Shown here: in pieces, positions 37,201-50,104 of the stretch
How positions within the stretch are numbered: position 1 is the first letter of the stretch
How the letters are laid out: each line of letters opens with the position of its first letter
Assembly: GCF_963921235.1 (NCBI RefSeq)
Contig: NC_086101.1
Location: forward strand, 7,690,001-7,754,000
Source: Mobula hypostoma
Lineage: Eukaryota
Direction of reading: 5' to 3'
Length of the DNA stretch: 64,000 nucleotides
Made by a program: the position numbers and the translations under genes
Notes under the pieces: generated by a model
The model's input: only the letters and a program-made list of their open reading frames with translations
What the model was told of the DNA's origin: nothing
Database searches by the model: none

Positions 37201-40200
37201 TCGTTGCACCTCCCCTTTTCCTAATCGGCCACCATTCAGATAATGATCTGTTTTCCTATTTTTGCCACCAAAGTGGATAACTTCACATTTATCCACATTA
37301 AATTGCATCTGCCATGAGTTTGCCCACTCACCCAACCTATCCAAGTCACCCTGCATCCTCTTAGCATCCTCCTCACTGCTAACACTGCCACCCAGCTTCG
37401 TGTCATCCGCAAACTTGGAGATGCTGCATTTAATTCCCTCATCCAAGTCATTAATATATATTGTAAACAACTGGGGTCCCAGCACTGAGCCTTGCAGTAC
37501 CCCACTAGTCACCGCCTGCCATTCTGAAAAGGTCCCGTTTATTCCCACTCTTTGCTTCCTGTCTGCTAACCAATTCTCCACCCACACCAATACCTTACCC
37601 CCAATACCGTGTGCTTTAAGTTTGCACACTAATCTCCTGTGTGGGACCTTGTCAAAAGCCTTTTGAAAATCCAAATATACCACATCCACTGGTTCTCCCC
37701 TATCCACTCTACTAGTTACATCCTCAAAAAATTCTATGAGATTCGTCAGACATGATTTTCCTTTCACAAATCCATGCTGACTTTGTCCGATCATTTCACC
37801 GCTTTCCAAATGTGCTGTTATCACATCCTTGATAACTGACTCCAGCAGTTTCCCTACCACCGACGTTAGGCTAACCGGCCTATAATTCCCCGGTTTCTCT
37901 CTCCCTCCTTTTTTAAAAAGTGGGGTTACATTAGCCACCCTCCAATCCTCAGGAACTAGTCCAGAATCTAACGAGTTTTGAAAAATTATCACTAATGCAT
38001 CCACTATTTCTTGGGCTACTTCCTTAAGCACTCTGGGATGCAGACCATCTGGCCCCGGGGATTTATCTGCCTTCAATCCCTTCAATTTACCTAACACCAC
38101 TTCCCTACTAACATGTATTTCACTCAGTTCCTCCATCTCACTGGACCCTCTGTCCCTTACTATTTCTGGAAGATTATTTATGTCCTCCTTAGTGAAGACA
38201 GAACCAAAGTAATTATTCAATTGGTCTGCCATGTCCTTGCTCCCCATAATCAATTCACCTGTTTCTGTCTGCAGGGGACCTACATTTGTCTTTATCAGTC
38301 TTTTCCTTTTTACATATCTATAAAAGCTTTTACAGTCCGTTTTTATGTTCTCTGCCAGTTTTCTCTCATAATCTTTTTTCCCCTTCCTAATTAAGCCCTT
38401 TGTCCTCCTCTGCTGAACTCTGAATTTCTCCCAGTCCTCAGGTGAGCCACTTTCTCTGGCTAATTTGTATGCTACTTCTTTGGAATTGATACTATCCCTA
38501 ATTTCTCTTGTCAGCCACGGGTGCACTACCTTCCTTGATTTATTCTTTTGCCAAACTGGGATGAACAATTGTTGTAGTTCATCCATGCAACCTTTAAATG
38601 CTTGCCATTGCATATCCACCGTCAATCCTTTAAGTGTCATTTGCCAGTCTATCTTAGCTAATTCACGTCTCATACCTTCAAAGTTACCCCTCTTTAAGTT
38701 CAGAACCTTTGTTTCTGAATTAACTATGTCACTGTTATGATCACTGGAACCAAAGTGCTCCCCTACACACACTTCCGTCACTTGTCCTAAATCGTTTCCT
38801 AACAGGAGATCCAATATTGCATCCCCTCTAGTTGGTACCTCAATATATTGATTTAGAAAACTTTCCCTGAACACATTTTACAAACCCTAACCCATCTAGA
38901 CCCCTAACAGTATGGGAGTCCCAATCTATATGTGGAAAATTAAAATCCCATATCACCACAACTTTATGTTTCCTGCAGTTGCCTGCTATCTCTCTGCAGA
39001 TTTGCTCCTCCAATTCTCACTGTCTATTGGGTGGTTTATAATACAACCCCACTAATGTGGCCATACCTTTCCTGTTTCTCAGCTCCACCCATAAGGACTC
39101 AGTAGACAAGCCCTGTAATCTGTCCTGCCTGACCACTGCTGTAATATTTTCCCTGACAAGCAATGCCACTCCCCCACCTTTCATTCCTCTGCCTCCATCA
39201 CATGCAAAATGTCGGAACCTTGGAATATGCCAGTCCAGCCCCTCCTGTAGCCAAGTTTCACTAATTGCTATAACGTCATAATTCCACGTGTCAATCCACG
39301 CCCTCAACTCGTCTGCCTTCCCTACAATACTCCTAGCATTGAATTATATACACCTCAGAAGATTTTTACCACCATCACAACCTATTTGCGGCTTTGTTTG
39401 AACTTTTAACATCATTTATTTTCAGCCCAGCCACACTGTCAGCTCTGGCACTCTGGTTCCCATCCTCCTGCAAATCTAGTTTAAAGCCTCCCCAATAGCA
39501 CTAACAAACCTCCCTGAAAGGATACTGGCCCTCCTGTAGTTCAAGTGTAACCTGTCTCTCTTGTACAGGTCCCACCTGCCCCAGAAGAGGTCCCAATGAT
39601 CCTGAAATCTGAAACCCTGCCCCCTACACCAGTTCCTCAGCCACTTGTTCATCCTCCAGAGCATCCTATTCCTACCCTCACTGGCACCTAGCACAGGTAG
39701 CAATCCTGAGATTACCACCCTCGAGGTCCTGCTTTTCAGCTTCCTACCAAGCTCTCTATACTCACTGTCCAGGATCTCCTCACTCTTCCTTGCTATGTCA
39801 TTGGTACCGATGTGCACCACGACATCTGGCTGATCACCCTCCCACTTCAGAATGTCATGCAAGCGATCAGAGACATCCTTGACCCCAGCACCCGGGAGGC
39901 AACAAACCATCCTGGATTCTCTGTCACGACCACAGAACCTCCTATCTGCACCTCTGACTATCCAGTCCCCTATCACTACCGCTCTCCTCTTTCTCCACCT
40001 TCCCTTCTACACTGCAGAGCCAGACTCAGTGCCAGAGATCCGGCTACTGCAGCTTGTCCCAGGTGAGTCATACCCCCCAACAGTATCCAATGCAGTATAC
40101 TTGTTGTTGAGGGGAATGGCCACAGGAGAACCCTGCTCTGCCTGCCCTTTCCCCTTCCCTCACCTGACAGTGACGCAATTTCCTGTGCTCTGCTCCTTTG

Positions 40201-40322
40201 GCGTAACTACCTCCCTGTAGCTACTATTTATAATCTCCTCATTCTCCCGAATGATCCGCAGGTCATCCAGCTCCTGCTCCAGTTCCCTAACGTGGTTTGT
40301 TAGGAGCTGCAGCTGGATGCAG
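34248..40322 (-). mobile_element. Near-full-length CR1 LINE (family A): SGNH-esterase ORF1, APE endonuclease and RT; interrupted by a family B copy
   Basis: ORF1 IGD(W)IVRG...VVHIGTND...D.LH; EN DVIAISETW; RT DFSRAFDKVPH and FADD; CR1 tail. Multiple frameshifts. Confidence 0.95.
36486..38732 (-). mobile_element. Young CR1 LINE (family B) with an uninterrupted RT-bearing ORF2 portion, nested in family A
   Basis: Makes up most of the 766-aa ORF 36574-38874 and has its own tail at about 36486-36573. TGTTAT duplicated at 36480-36485 and 38733-38738. Confidence 0.95.
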
Positions 40323-41082
40323 GTTCAAAGTGTGTGCAGTAAAGTGCAGTACGGGTGAGCAGTAAACAGCTCGCTGTCCCGGTGACAAGACTTCGGTGCT
40401 GGCAGAGTATTCATTAGTCTCAGAGCCCAAGGGAAAAGCTGTCGCCCAGTCTAGCAGTGCTAGTCCTGGTGCTCCTGTACCTCCTTCCTGATGCTAGTGG
40501 GTCAAAGAGATTGTGGAACGTGTGGTAAGGATCCTCAACTAGGCTTTAGATCCTTCATCTGCAACGCTCCTGGTAAGTGTCACAAATAAGCGGGGAGGGA
40601 GACCCCAAAGGTCCTCGTGGAGCTTTTCACTGCCCTCTGTGGGGTTCTGTGGTCCGATGCCTTCCAGTTTCCTTACTATACAATGATGCAGCCAGACAAG
40701 ACCCTCTCCATGGTGGTCCTGTAGAAAGGGGACGTAGGGAGCTCTGCATGGCTCAGTATCTTCAGAAAGTGTAGACTCTTCCATGCCTTCTTGACTAGTG
40801 AGGGGTTAGTCCAGGTTAGATCATCCATTATGTGCACACCGAGCAACTTCGTACAGCAGAGCCGTTGATGTGCAATGGGGAGCGGTCGACCTGTGCCTTC
40901 CTTAAGTCCACAGACATCTCTTTTGTCTTGTCCATGTCGAGATTCAGGTTGTTACTCTTGCACCACTTGACAAGGCTCTCTACCTCCACTCTGTATGCTG
41001 ACTCATCATTGTTGCTGGTAAGGCCATCACTGTCGTATCATCAGCAAACTTGACGACGCGGTTGGACCTGAATCTGGCAGCA
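40323..41082 (-). mobile_element. Decayed Rex1/Babar LINE fragment
   Basis: Reverse complement gives KFADDT...DESAYR.EVE.LV.WC..NNLNL...TKEM.VD, and FYRTTMERVLSGCIIV. Confidence 0.75.
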
Positions 41083-41297
41083 CTGAGTCTGCAGCAGACT
41101 TTGTTCGCCTTTACACAGGAGAACAGGAAATAAGACTAAACAACTTTGTTATGAACAGCCCTTTGTAACTCAAGCATTCACTGTCAGACAGTAGATGCAG
41201 AATGACCTGAAAGGGATTTGGTGCAGCCCAAGAATAATAGGGGAGAAATCAGCCAGGATTTAAATACTGGCCCACGTTATTGCTTCATTGATGGACA

Positions 41298-41597
41298 CGT
41301 GGCCAGGTGGTTAAGGCATTGGACTAGCGACCTGAAGGTCAAGAGTTCGAGCCCCAGCTGAGGCAGCGTGTTCTGTCCTTGAGCAAGGAACTTAATCACT
41401 CATTGCTCTGCGATGACACTGGTGCCAAGCTGTATGGGTCCTAATGCCCTTCCCTTGGACAACATCGGTGTCGTGGAGAGGGAGACTTGCAGCATGGGCA
41501 ACTGCCGGTCTTCCATACAACCTTGCCCAGGCCTGCGCCCTGGAGAGTGAAGACTTTCCAGGCGCAGATCCATGGTCTCGCAAGTCTAACAGATGCC
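41298..41597 (+). mobile_element. tRNA-derived SINE
   Basis: TGGCCAGGTGGTTAAGG...GTTCGAGCC. 9-bp TSD TGATGGACA at 41289-41297 and 41598-41606. Confidence 0.9.
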
Positions 41598-42991
41598 TGA
41601 TGGACAAGGGCTCAATGTCACAGTGTCCATTGTAGAGTCTAACCAGACACAGAAACAGTACCTTTGGCACATCGGGCTCGTGTTGATCAAGATTCACACC
41701 TGCCTGCGTTTAGCCCATATTCCTCGAAACCTTTCCAATACACTGACCCTGTCCAAGAACCTTTTAAATGCTGTTTATTTTCAAATGGTTGCATTTATTA
41801 TCAGAAACTGTACACAGCATACAACCTGAAATATTTGTCTTTACAGACATCCACAACAATCAGAACCCCACAGAATAAACGGTAGAAAAAGGTTAGAATT
41901 CCAAAGTCCCCTCTCCCCCCACCCCACAAACAGTAGCATCAACCTCCCCCCCAACCCGTTTCAGCAAAAAAGCAACAAACACACTCATCTGTAGTCAACA
42001 AAAAAAGACTTGTTTACCCGACACTTGGACCTCTCCCTCTCCCAAACATGGACAGAGAGTTATCACCTGTTTTTCATGTCGAATGGGGAGACGACAGTCG
42101 CTGTTTTGGTGTTACAGGTGCCGTGACGCTCTTTTATTCGGAGATTCCTGATGCAACAAACTCTCCCCCAGTCAAGAGGAAAAGGGTGGGAATGTGACCG
42201 CTCGACTACAGAGACCGCGATCCATACATCCGCCACAGCGAAATCCCGATGTTCCTCCTCCCGCGACACCTCAGTGTGAGCTGGCATCGGTCGCCCACAG
42301 GGCTGCACCCCGGAGGTGCCATCTTCCAAGCCGCGTACCTGCTTCAACCACTCGCTCCAGCAGCTCGTTTCATGCCATGACCAGCCTCAGGGTGGAAGCG
42401 TTGCCATTCTATTAAATCTCTTCCCTCTCACCTTAAATCTATTCCCCTCAGATCTTGATTCCCAAACCCTGGGGAAAAAGACTGTACACATTCAGCCTAC
42501 CTATGCCTCTGCGAACTTGATATAACGCTACAGGGATACAGCAAGGTAACAGTCCGTCTGCACCAGTCCACGTCTGCACTACCCAATTAACCTACCAACC
42601 CGTACGTGTTTGGACTGCAGGAGGAAGCCGGTGCACCTGGAGAAAACCTACAAGCTTCTTACAGACAGCGGCAAGAACTGAACCTGGGTCACTGCCATTA
42701 TACTAACTGCTAATTTACCATGCTTGCTCAAACTCTCTGCATAATTCAACCACACAAGACGCAGCAACATCTTTGTGGATCTCCTCTGCACTTTTCCCAG
42801 CATCTTTCCTGTAGCACGGTGGTCAAATCTGAACGATTTAGCATCACCAACAAACTGCATCCGAAGTTCAGCCTAAACCAACCCCTCTCACATTCCCAAA
42901 CCCACCATTTGAAAACTCCAACACCACGGCTCATCTGCCTCGTTTTCCCCTCCGCAGCCCCCACACAAACCACGCAGCCCGGCATTAGTAC

Positions 42992-43174
42992 CTGGTTCTC
43001 GTCCGGGTTGAAGTCGCTGCGTCTCTTCGGCTGATTGTATGGAATTCCCTTCAGGCTCCCGCCATTCCTCCAAGTCTTGCCATGGTCGTCGCTCAGAATG
43101 CAGAATATCCCGTCTTCCTTGATTGTTCCGTGCCCGCAGGCGATCAAGCGGCCCTTGTTCGGCGGGTACTTTTT
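42992..43174 (-). CDS. NEU1: Sialidase-1, coding exon 4
   Basis: [61 protein letters not shown]. Asp-box SDDHGKTW and the PDE motif. Acceptor cttcctacag, donor CAG|gtacta, 183 nt, phase 0 to 0. Confidence 0.97.
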
Positions 43175-43599
43175 CTGTAGGAAGCCATCATTGGAAAGTT
43201 TGAGAAAGTGCCCAGAGCTGTCGACTTGTGTGAAATTACTTAGTGAGAAAGGAATTTGGTTCCAGCAGGAAGAGTTGCCTACTTTGTGCTGGGAATGTGT
43301 TTAATTTTAATCAATACCCTATGGCGGGGATGATGGAAGAGCTCAGACAGTAAGTGCCTTTACCACTCATTCAAGTACCATATGAACTCTACAACCTCTG
43401 AGACAACACTCAGCAATTGATTCTTTTACCTTGTTCTACCGCAATGCACAGTGTAATGAATTGGTCTGTACGACCAGTGTGCAAGCCAAGTTTTTCACTG
43501 TACATGTGGCAATCAGAACGTTTTTGGATCACATAAACAGAGTCTGAGAGGCATAACCGAAAAGCAGGTCCACCATGTCTATATCAAACCCACTTACCT

Positions 43600-44215
43600 G
43601 CAGTACATGGTGAGGAAGGCAAACACAATGTTAGCATTAATTCGCGAGGACTACAATATAGAAACAAGGTTGTAATGTTTTATAAGGCATTGCTCAGACC
43701 GCACTTAGAGTATTAGCAATTTTGGGCCCGACATCTAAGAAAATATGTGCAGGGACTGGAGAGGGCCCAGAGGAGGTTCATGAGATTGATTCTGGGAATG
43801 AAATGGTTAACGTACGAGAAGGGTTTGATGGCTCTGGGCCTACACTCCCTGGAGTTTAGAAGAGTGAGGGGGGAATCTCATTGAAACGTACCAATATTGA
43901 AAAGCCTGGATAGAGTGGATGTGGAGAGGATGTTTTCTGTAGCGGTGGAGTCTAGGACAGAGGTGGTCCATTTAGAACAGGGATGAGGACACAGGATACT
44001 GAACACGTGGAAATCAATGCCACAAGTGGCTGTGGAGGACAATTCATCAGGTACTTAAAGCAGAGGTTTACAGATTTTTGGTTAGTAAGGGTGTCAAAGA
44101 TTACGGGGAGAAGGTGGGAGAATGGGGTTGGGGGGGGTTACTAAATTAGCCATGATGGAATGGCAGAGCAGACTCGATGGGCTGAATGGCCTAATTCTGC
44201 TCCTACATTATGGTC
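43600..44215 (+). mobile_element. CR1 LINE 3' fragment
   Basis: Decayed YKAL.RPHLEY..QFWA and GLYSLEFRR; CR1 tail. Confidence 0.8.
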
Positions 44216-44559
44216 AAACATAAAGTCCTAAAGCATGGAAACAGGGTTTATGGATCAACTGGTCCACATTGACTCTGCAGCCCATGGAGTGATCACATCT
44301 GCTCACATTTGGAACATACTTCAGGAAACATCTCCTATGCACTTACCTCCATGGCTTTCAAAAGTTCCTAATACGTCCAACTCTAAATATACACCACCAC
44401 TTGTGTGAGGAACCTGCCCCTGATATCCCTTTTAAATCTCTCAACTCTGATCCTACACCGATAACCACGCGGTTTAATCACCTTCTCACTGGGAAGTAAA
44501 AGACTACGTGCTTTCACTCTCTCTGTGGCCCTCATGATCTTCAATCCTTCCATCAAGTC

Positions 44560-47500
44560 AGGAGGGGGAAGGGGAAGAGTCAGGTATTGGAGAGTACCCC
44601 TGTGGCTGTATCCCTTGACAATAAGTACCCCTGTTTGAGTACTGTTGGGGGAGACAGCCTACCTGGGGGAAGCAACAGTGGTCGCACCACTGGCAGAGAG
44701 TCCGGCCCTGTGGCTCAGAAGGGTAGGGGAAGGAAGAGGAAGGCAGCAGTGATAGGGGACTCTATAGTTAGGGGAGTGAGACAGGCGATTCTGTGGACGC
44801 AGGAAAGAAACTCGGATGGTAGTTTGCCTCCCAGGTGCCAGGGTCCTGGATGTTTCAGATCGCATCCACGATATCCTGCAGTGGGAGGGAGAACAACCAG
44901 AGGTCATGGTACATATTGGTACCAATGATGTAGGTAGGAAAACGGAAGAGGTCCTGAAAATAGACTACAGGGAATTAGGAAGGAAGTTGAGAAGCAGGAC
45001 TGCAAAGGTAGTAATCTTGGGATTACTGCCTGTGCCATGTGACAGTGAGTACAGGAATAGAATGAGGTGGAGGATAAATGCGTGGCTGAGGGATTGGAGC
45101 AGGGGGCAGGGATTCAGATATCTGGATCATTGGGACCTCTTTTCGGGCAGGTATGACCTGTATAAAAAGGACAGGTTGCACTTGAATCCCAGGGGGACCA
45201 ATACCCTGGCAGGGAGGTTTGCTAAGTCTACTGGGGAGAGTTTAAAATAGAATTGTTGGGGGTGGGAACCGAAATGAAGAGACTGGGGAAGAGGCGGTTG
45301 GCTCACAAATAGAGAAAGCTTGTAGACAGTGCGAGAGGGAGGATAGGCAGGTGATAGAGAAGGGACGCGCTCAGATGGACGGTTTGAGATGTGTCTGCTT
45401 TAACACAAGGAGTATTGTGAACAAAGCGGATGAACTTAGAGCGTGGATCAGTACTTGGAGACATGATGTGGTGGCCATTACAGAGACTTGGATGGCTCAG
45501 GGACAGGAATGGTTACTTCAAGTGCCAGGCTTTAGATGTTTCAGAAAGGACAGAGAGGGAGGCAAAAGAGGTGGGGGCATGGCACTGAGGATCAGAGATA
45601 GTGTCATGGCTGCAGAAAAGGTGGACATCATGGAGGGATTGTCTACGGAGTCTCTGTGGGTGGAGCTTAGGAACAGGAAGGGGTCAATAACTCTACTGGG
45701 TGTTTTTTATAGGCCGCCCAATAGTAACAGGGATATCGAGGAGCAGATAGGGAAATAGATCTTGGAAAGGTGTAATAATAAGAGTTGTTGTGATGGGAGA
45801 TTTTAATTTCCCAAATATCGATTGGCATCTCCCTAGAGCGAGGGGCTTAGATGGGTGTTAGGTGTGTTCAGGAAGGTTTCTTCACACAGTTAGAGTAAGG
45901 GGAATTATGATGCTATCAGGCAGGAAATTGGAAGCTTAAATTGGGAACAGATGTCCTCAGGGAAAAATATAGAAGAAATGTGGCAAATGTCAGGGGTTAG
46001 TTGTGCGGGGTTCCGCATAGATATGTTCCAGTGAGACAGGGAAGTTATGGTAGGGTACAGGAACCGTAGCGAACAAGGGCTGTAATAAATTTAGTCAAGA
46101 AGAAAAGATTACAAAAAGTTCAGAGAGATAGGTATTGTTAGAGATCTAGAAGATTATAAGGCTAACTGGAAGGAGTTTAAGAAGGAAATTAGGAGAGCCA
46201 GAAGGGGCCATGAAAAGGCCTTGGTAGGCAGGATTAAGGAAAACCCCAAGGCATTCTACAAGTGTGTGAAGAGCAAGAGGATAAGACGTGAAAGAATAGG
46301 ACCTATCAAGTGTGACAGTGGGAAAGTGTGTTTGGAACCAGAGGGAAAACCAGAGGTACTTAATGGATACTTTACTTCAGTATTCACTATGGAAAAGGAT
46401 CTTGGTGATCGCAGTGATGACGCAGCAGACTGAAAAGCTTGAGCATGTAGATATTAAGAAAGAGGATGTGCTGGATATTTTGGAAAGCATCAAGTTGGTT
46501 AAGTCGCCGGTACCGGACAAGATGTACCCCAGGCTACTGTGGGAGCGAGGGAGGAGACTGCTGAGCCTCTGGCGATGAGCTTTGCATCATCAATAGGGAT
46601 GGGAGAGGTTCCGGAGGATTGGAGGGTTGCGGATGTTGTTCCTTTATTCAAGATAGGGAGTAGAGATAGCCCAGGAAATTATAGACCAGTGAGTCTTACT
46701 TCAGTGGTCGGTAAGTTGATGGAGAAGATCTGACAGGCAGGATCTATGAACATTTGGAGAGGAATAATATGATTAGGAATAGTCAGCATGGCTTTGTCAA
46801 GGGCAGCTCGTGCCCTACGAGCCTGATTGAATTTTTTGAGGATGCGACTGAACACATTGATGAAGGAAGAGTTGTAGATGTAGTGTATATGGATTTCAGC
46901 AAGGCATTTGATAAGGTTACCCCATACAAGGCTTATTGAGAAAGTGAGGAGGCATGGAATCCAAGGGGACATTGCTTTGTGGATCCAAAATTGGCTCGTC
47001 CACAGAAGGCAAAGAGTGGTTGTAGATGGGTCATATTATGCATGGAGGTCAGTCACCAGTGGAGTGCCTCAGGGATCTGTTCTGGGACCCTTACTCTTCG
47101 TGATTTTTATAAATGACCTGGATGAGGAAGTGGAGCGATGGGTTAGTACGTTTGCTGATGACACAAAAGTTGGGGGTGTTGTGGATAGTGTGGAGGGCTG
47201 TCAGAGGTTACAGCGGGACATTGATAGGATGCAAAACTGGGCTGAGAAGTGGCAAATGGAGTTCAACCCAGGTAAGTGTGAAGTGGTTCATTTTGGTAGG
47301 TCAAATATGATGACAAAATATAGCATTAATGGTAAGACTCTCAGCAGTGTGGAGAATCAGAGGGATCTTGGGGTCAAAGTCCATAGGACGCTCAAAGCAG
47401 CTGCGCAGGTTGACTCTGTGGTTAAGAAGGCACACGGTGTATTGGCCTTCATCAATTGTGGAATTGAATTTAGGAGTCGAGAGGTAATGTTGCAGCTATA

Positions 47501-48066
47501 TAGGACCCTGGTCAGACCCCACTTGGAGTATTGTTCTCAGTTGTGGTCGCCTCACTGCAGGAAGGATGTGGAAGCTGTAGAAAGGGTGCAGAGGAGATAT
47601 ACAAGGATGTTGCCTGGATTGAGGAGCATGCCTTATGAAAACAGGTTGAGTGAACTCGGCCTTTTCTCCTTGGAGCAACGGAAGATGAGAGGTGATCTGA
47701 TAGTGGTGTGTAAGATGATGAGAGGCACTGATCGTGTGGATAGTCAGAGGCTTTTTCCCAGGGCTGAAATGGTTGCCACAAGAGGACACAGGTTTAAGGT
47801 GCTGGGGGTAGGTACAGAGGAGATGCCAGGGGTAAGGTTTTTTTTATATATAAACACAGAGAGTGGTGAATGCGTGGAATGGGCTGCCGGTAAGTGGTGG
47901 AGGCGGATACAATAGGGTCTTTTAAGGGACTTTTGGATAGGTACATGGAGCTTAGAAAAATAGAGGGCCATGGGGAAGCCTAGAAATTTCTAAGGTAGGG
48001 ACATGTTCGGCACAACTTTGTGGGCCGAAGGGCCTGTATTGTACTGTAGGTTTTCTATGTTTCTAC
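44560..48066 (+). mobile_element. Near-full-length decayed CR1 LINE (family C) with SGNH ORF1, EN and RT
   Basis: VIGDSIVRG, VHIGTND, DVVAITETW, DFSKAFDKV, FADD and RPHLEYC; tail ttttctatgtttcta. Confidence 0.93.
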
Positions 48067-48416
48067 TCCAAACCCCAGTACACCCTGAGGTGCAATAACA
48101 GGGTGCAATAATAACCAGAGTTATTAACCATCTTCCCCATCAGAGTTCTGAACTGTGCACGAACCTGGAAACATTACTGCACTATTATTGGTCCCTTTTT
48201 TTTTGCACTCGTTTCTTATTAATAATCCATTTTATGTATTTCACCTGTACTGCTGCCACAAAAGAACAAAATTCACAGCATACGCTGCTGATAATATTCT
48301 GGTTCTGGGGATTTACAGAAATGGGCATTTGACGGCTGACGTGGGCCTAATAGGACTAAGAGCCTGTTTCTCTGCTATCTCCCTCCCTCTCTCACACACA
48401 AACACACACAGCTCAC

Positions 48417-48679
48417 CTGGATCCCATATCCGGGGCCCGGCATGAACACCTTCGTCCCGATCACATGTGACAGGTTTCTGGGTTTGCTCCACGTCCGCCC
48501 GTCGTCGCAGCTCTCGATCAGGAGCGTGCTGGAGACATTGCAACGGTAGTAGTGGGCACACATCGTGAAGACGATAAAGATGCGGCCCACCTCCTCGTCG
48601 ACCAGTATCACCCCCAGGTTCAGGCCGTCGATCTTTGAGCCGTCGTTGTCCAGGAAGGTGGTTGGACTCCAGGTGACAC
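48417..48679 (-). CDS. NEU1: Sialidase-1, coding exon 3
   Basis: (G)VTWSPTTFLDNDGSKIDGLNLG...SCDDGRTWSKPRNLS...FMPGPGYGIQ. Asp-box SCDDGRTW. Acceptor ctccaccag, donor CAG|gtgagc, 263 nt, phase 1 to 0. Confidence 0.97.
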
Positions 48680-48760
48680 CTGGTGGAGACACCAAGAGAT
48701 GTGTTGGGAAATGGAATCTTTCAGCAAAGCAGTTCAGCACAGCACAGGTCCTACCAAGGA

Positions 48761-49285
48761 GAAGATGGCGGCGCGACGCAGCGCGCGCAGCCACTCCGGT
48801 GAATGATATCTGTAATCTGTCAAGTAGGGTGCCGTGCACAATCCTGATTTGATGGAGACAGACGTGAGCGTACGGAGGAACATCTGGAGAAACTTCTGAA
48901 ATGCCTGTTTTGCTGCCGCTGTTACTGTGTGATCCAGAATCTCCAGAGGGGAACGCCCCAAATCCTCGGCTTTGCTTGTTGCTCGGCGGCTGGGATGGAG
49001 TCGAAGCGCTTGGCAGAGATGGTGCCCGGTGTTGAAGGGCTGGTCAGAGGCTCGAAGTTTTTGGACGGACTCAGAGTCGGCTGGGGTCGGGTGCTTCCAA
49101 TGCATCGACAGTTGTCGGTGCCTGGAGGTTTATGGCAGAGAGAGTTTCTCCCTTCTGCCGCCTGCTATCCAGACTATCGGGAGTTGATGGGAACTTTGAG
49201 AGTTCTTTTTTACCATTCCCGTGGCCTGCTCTTTATCATATTATGGTATTGTTTTGCACTGCTGTAACTATATGTAACTATAAAC
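48761..49285 (+). repeat. Unclassified GC-headed interspersed repeat about 80 bp from the NEU1 exon 3 acceptor
   Basis: Begins AAGATGGCGGCGCGACGCAGCGCGCG and ends in gtaactatatgtaactata. No recognisable ORF. Confidence 0.5.
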
Positions 49286-49465
49286 AGATGTTCCTGTATT
49301 CTGACACTGTGTCCTCTGATCCTGGACTGCCCCGCCATAGGAAACATCCTTTCCACATCTATTCTGTTGAGGTCTTTCAATATTTAATAAGTTTCAATGA
49401 GGTCACCTCTCCTTCTAAATTCCAGGGAGTACAGAGCTGGAGCCATCCAATGCTCCCCATATGAT

Positions 49466-50104
49466 CGCAAACACGAGGAATTCTGCAGATGCTGGAATTT
49501 CAAGCAACACACATAAGAGCTGCTGGTGAACACAGCAGGCCAGGCAGCGTCTCTAGGAAGAGGTACAGTCGACGTTTCGGGCCGAGACCCTTCGTCAGGG
49601 CTAACTGAAGGAAGAGCTGGTAAGAGATTTGAAAGCGGGAGGGTGAGGGGGAGATCCGAAATGATAGGAGAAGACAGGAGGGGGAGGGATGGAGCCAAGA
49701 GCTGGACAGTTGATTGGCAAAAGGGATATGAGAGGATCATGGGACAGGAGGCCTAGGGAGAAAGACAGGGGGAGGGGAGAAGCCCAGAGGATGGGCAAGG
49801 GGTACAGAGAGAGGGACAGAGGGAGAAAAAGGAGAGAGAGAGAAAAAGAATGTGTACACATAAATAAATTCACGATGGGTACGAGGGGGAGGTGGGGCAT
49901 TAGCAGAAGTTTGAGAAGTCAATGTTCATGCCATCAGGTTGGAGGCTACCCAGACGGAATATAAGGTGTTGTTCCTCCAACCTGAGTGTGGCTTCTGTCC
50001 GCCAGAGAAAGCAGGATCTCCCAGTGGCCACACATTTTAATTCAGTGTCCCATTCCCATTCTGATATGTCTATCCATGGCCTCCTCTACTGTAAAGATGA
50101 AGCC
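49466..50104 (-). mobile_element. Penelope-like terminal fragment (minus, to about 49995) plus a short inverted GIY-YIG piece (plus)
   Basis: Near-identical to 24479-24942 and to the reverse complement of 26680-27169. 49996-50104 matches about 26570-26680. Confidence 0.9.
49567..49602 (-). ncRNA. Minimal type I hammerhead ribozyme motif (sense to NEU1, intron 2)
   Basis: AGCC-CTGACGA-A-GGG-TCTCGG-CCC-GAAA-CG-TC-GACT; one stem I mismatch. Confidence 0.72.

Noticed and set aside
36574..38874. 766-aa ORF as a host or domesticated gene
   Set aside because: Entirely CR1 ORF2 with a CR1 tail, a target duplication and a near-identical paralog at 14142-15952.
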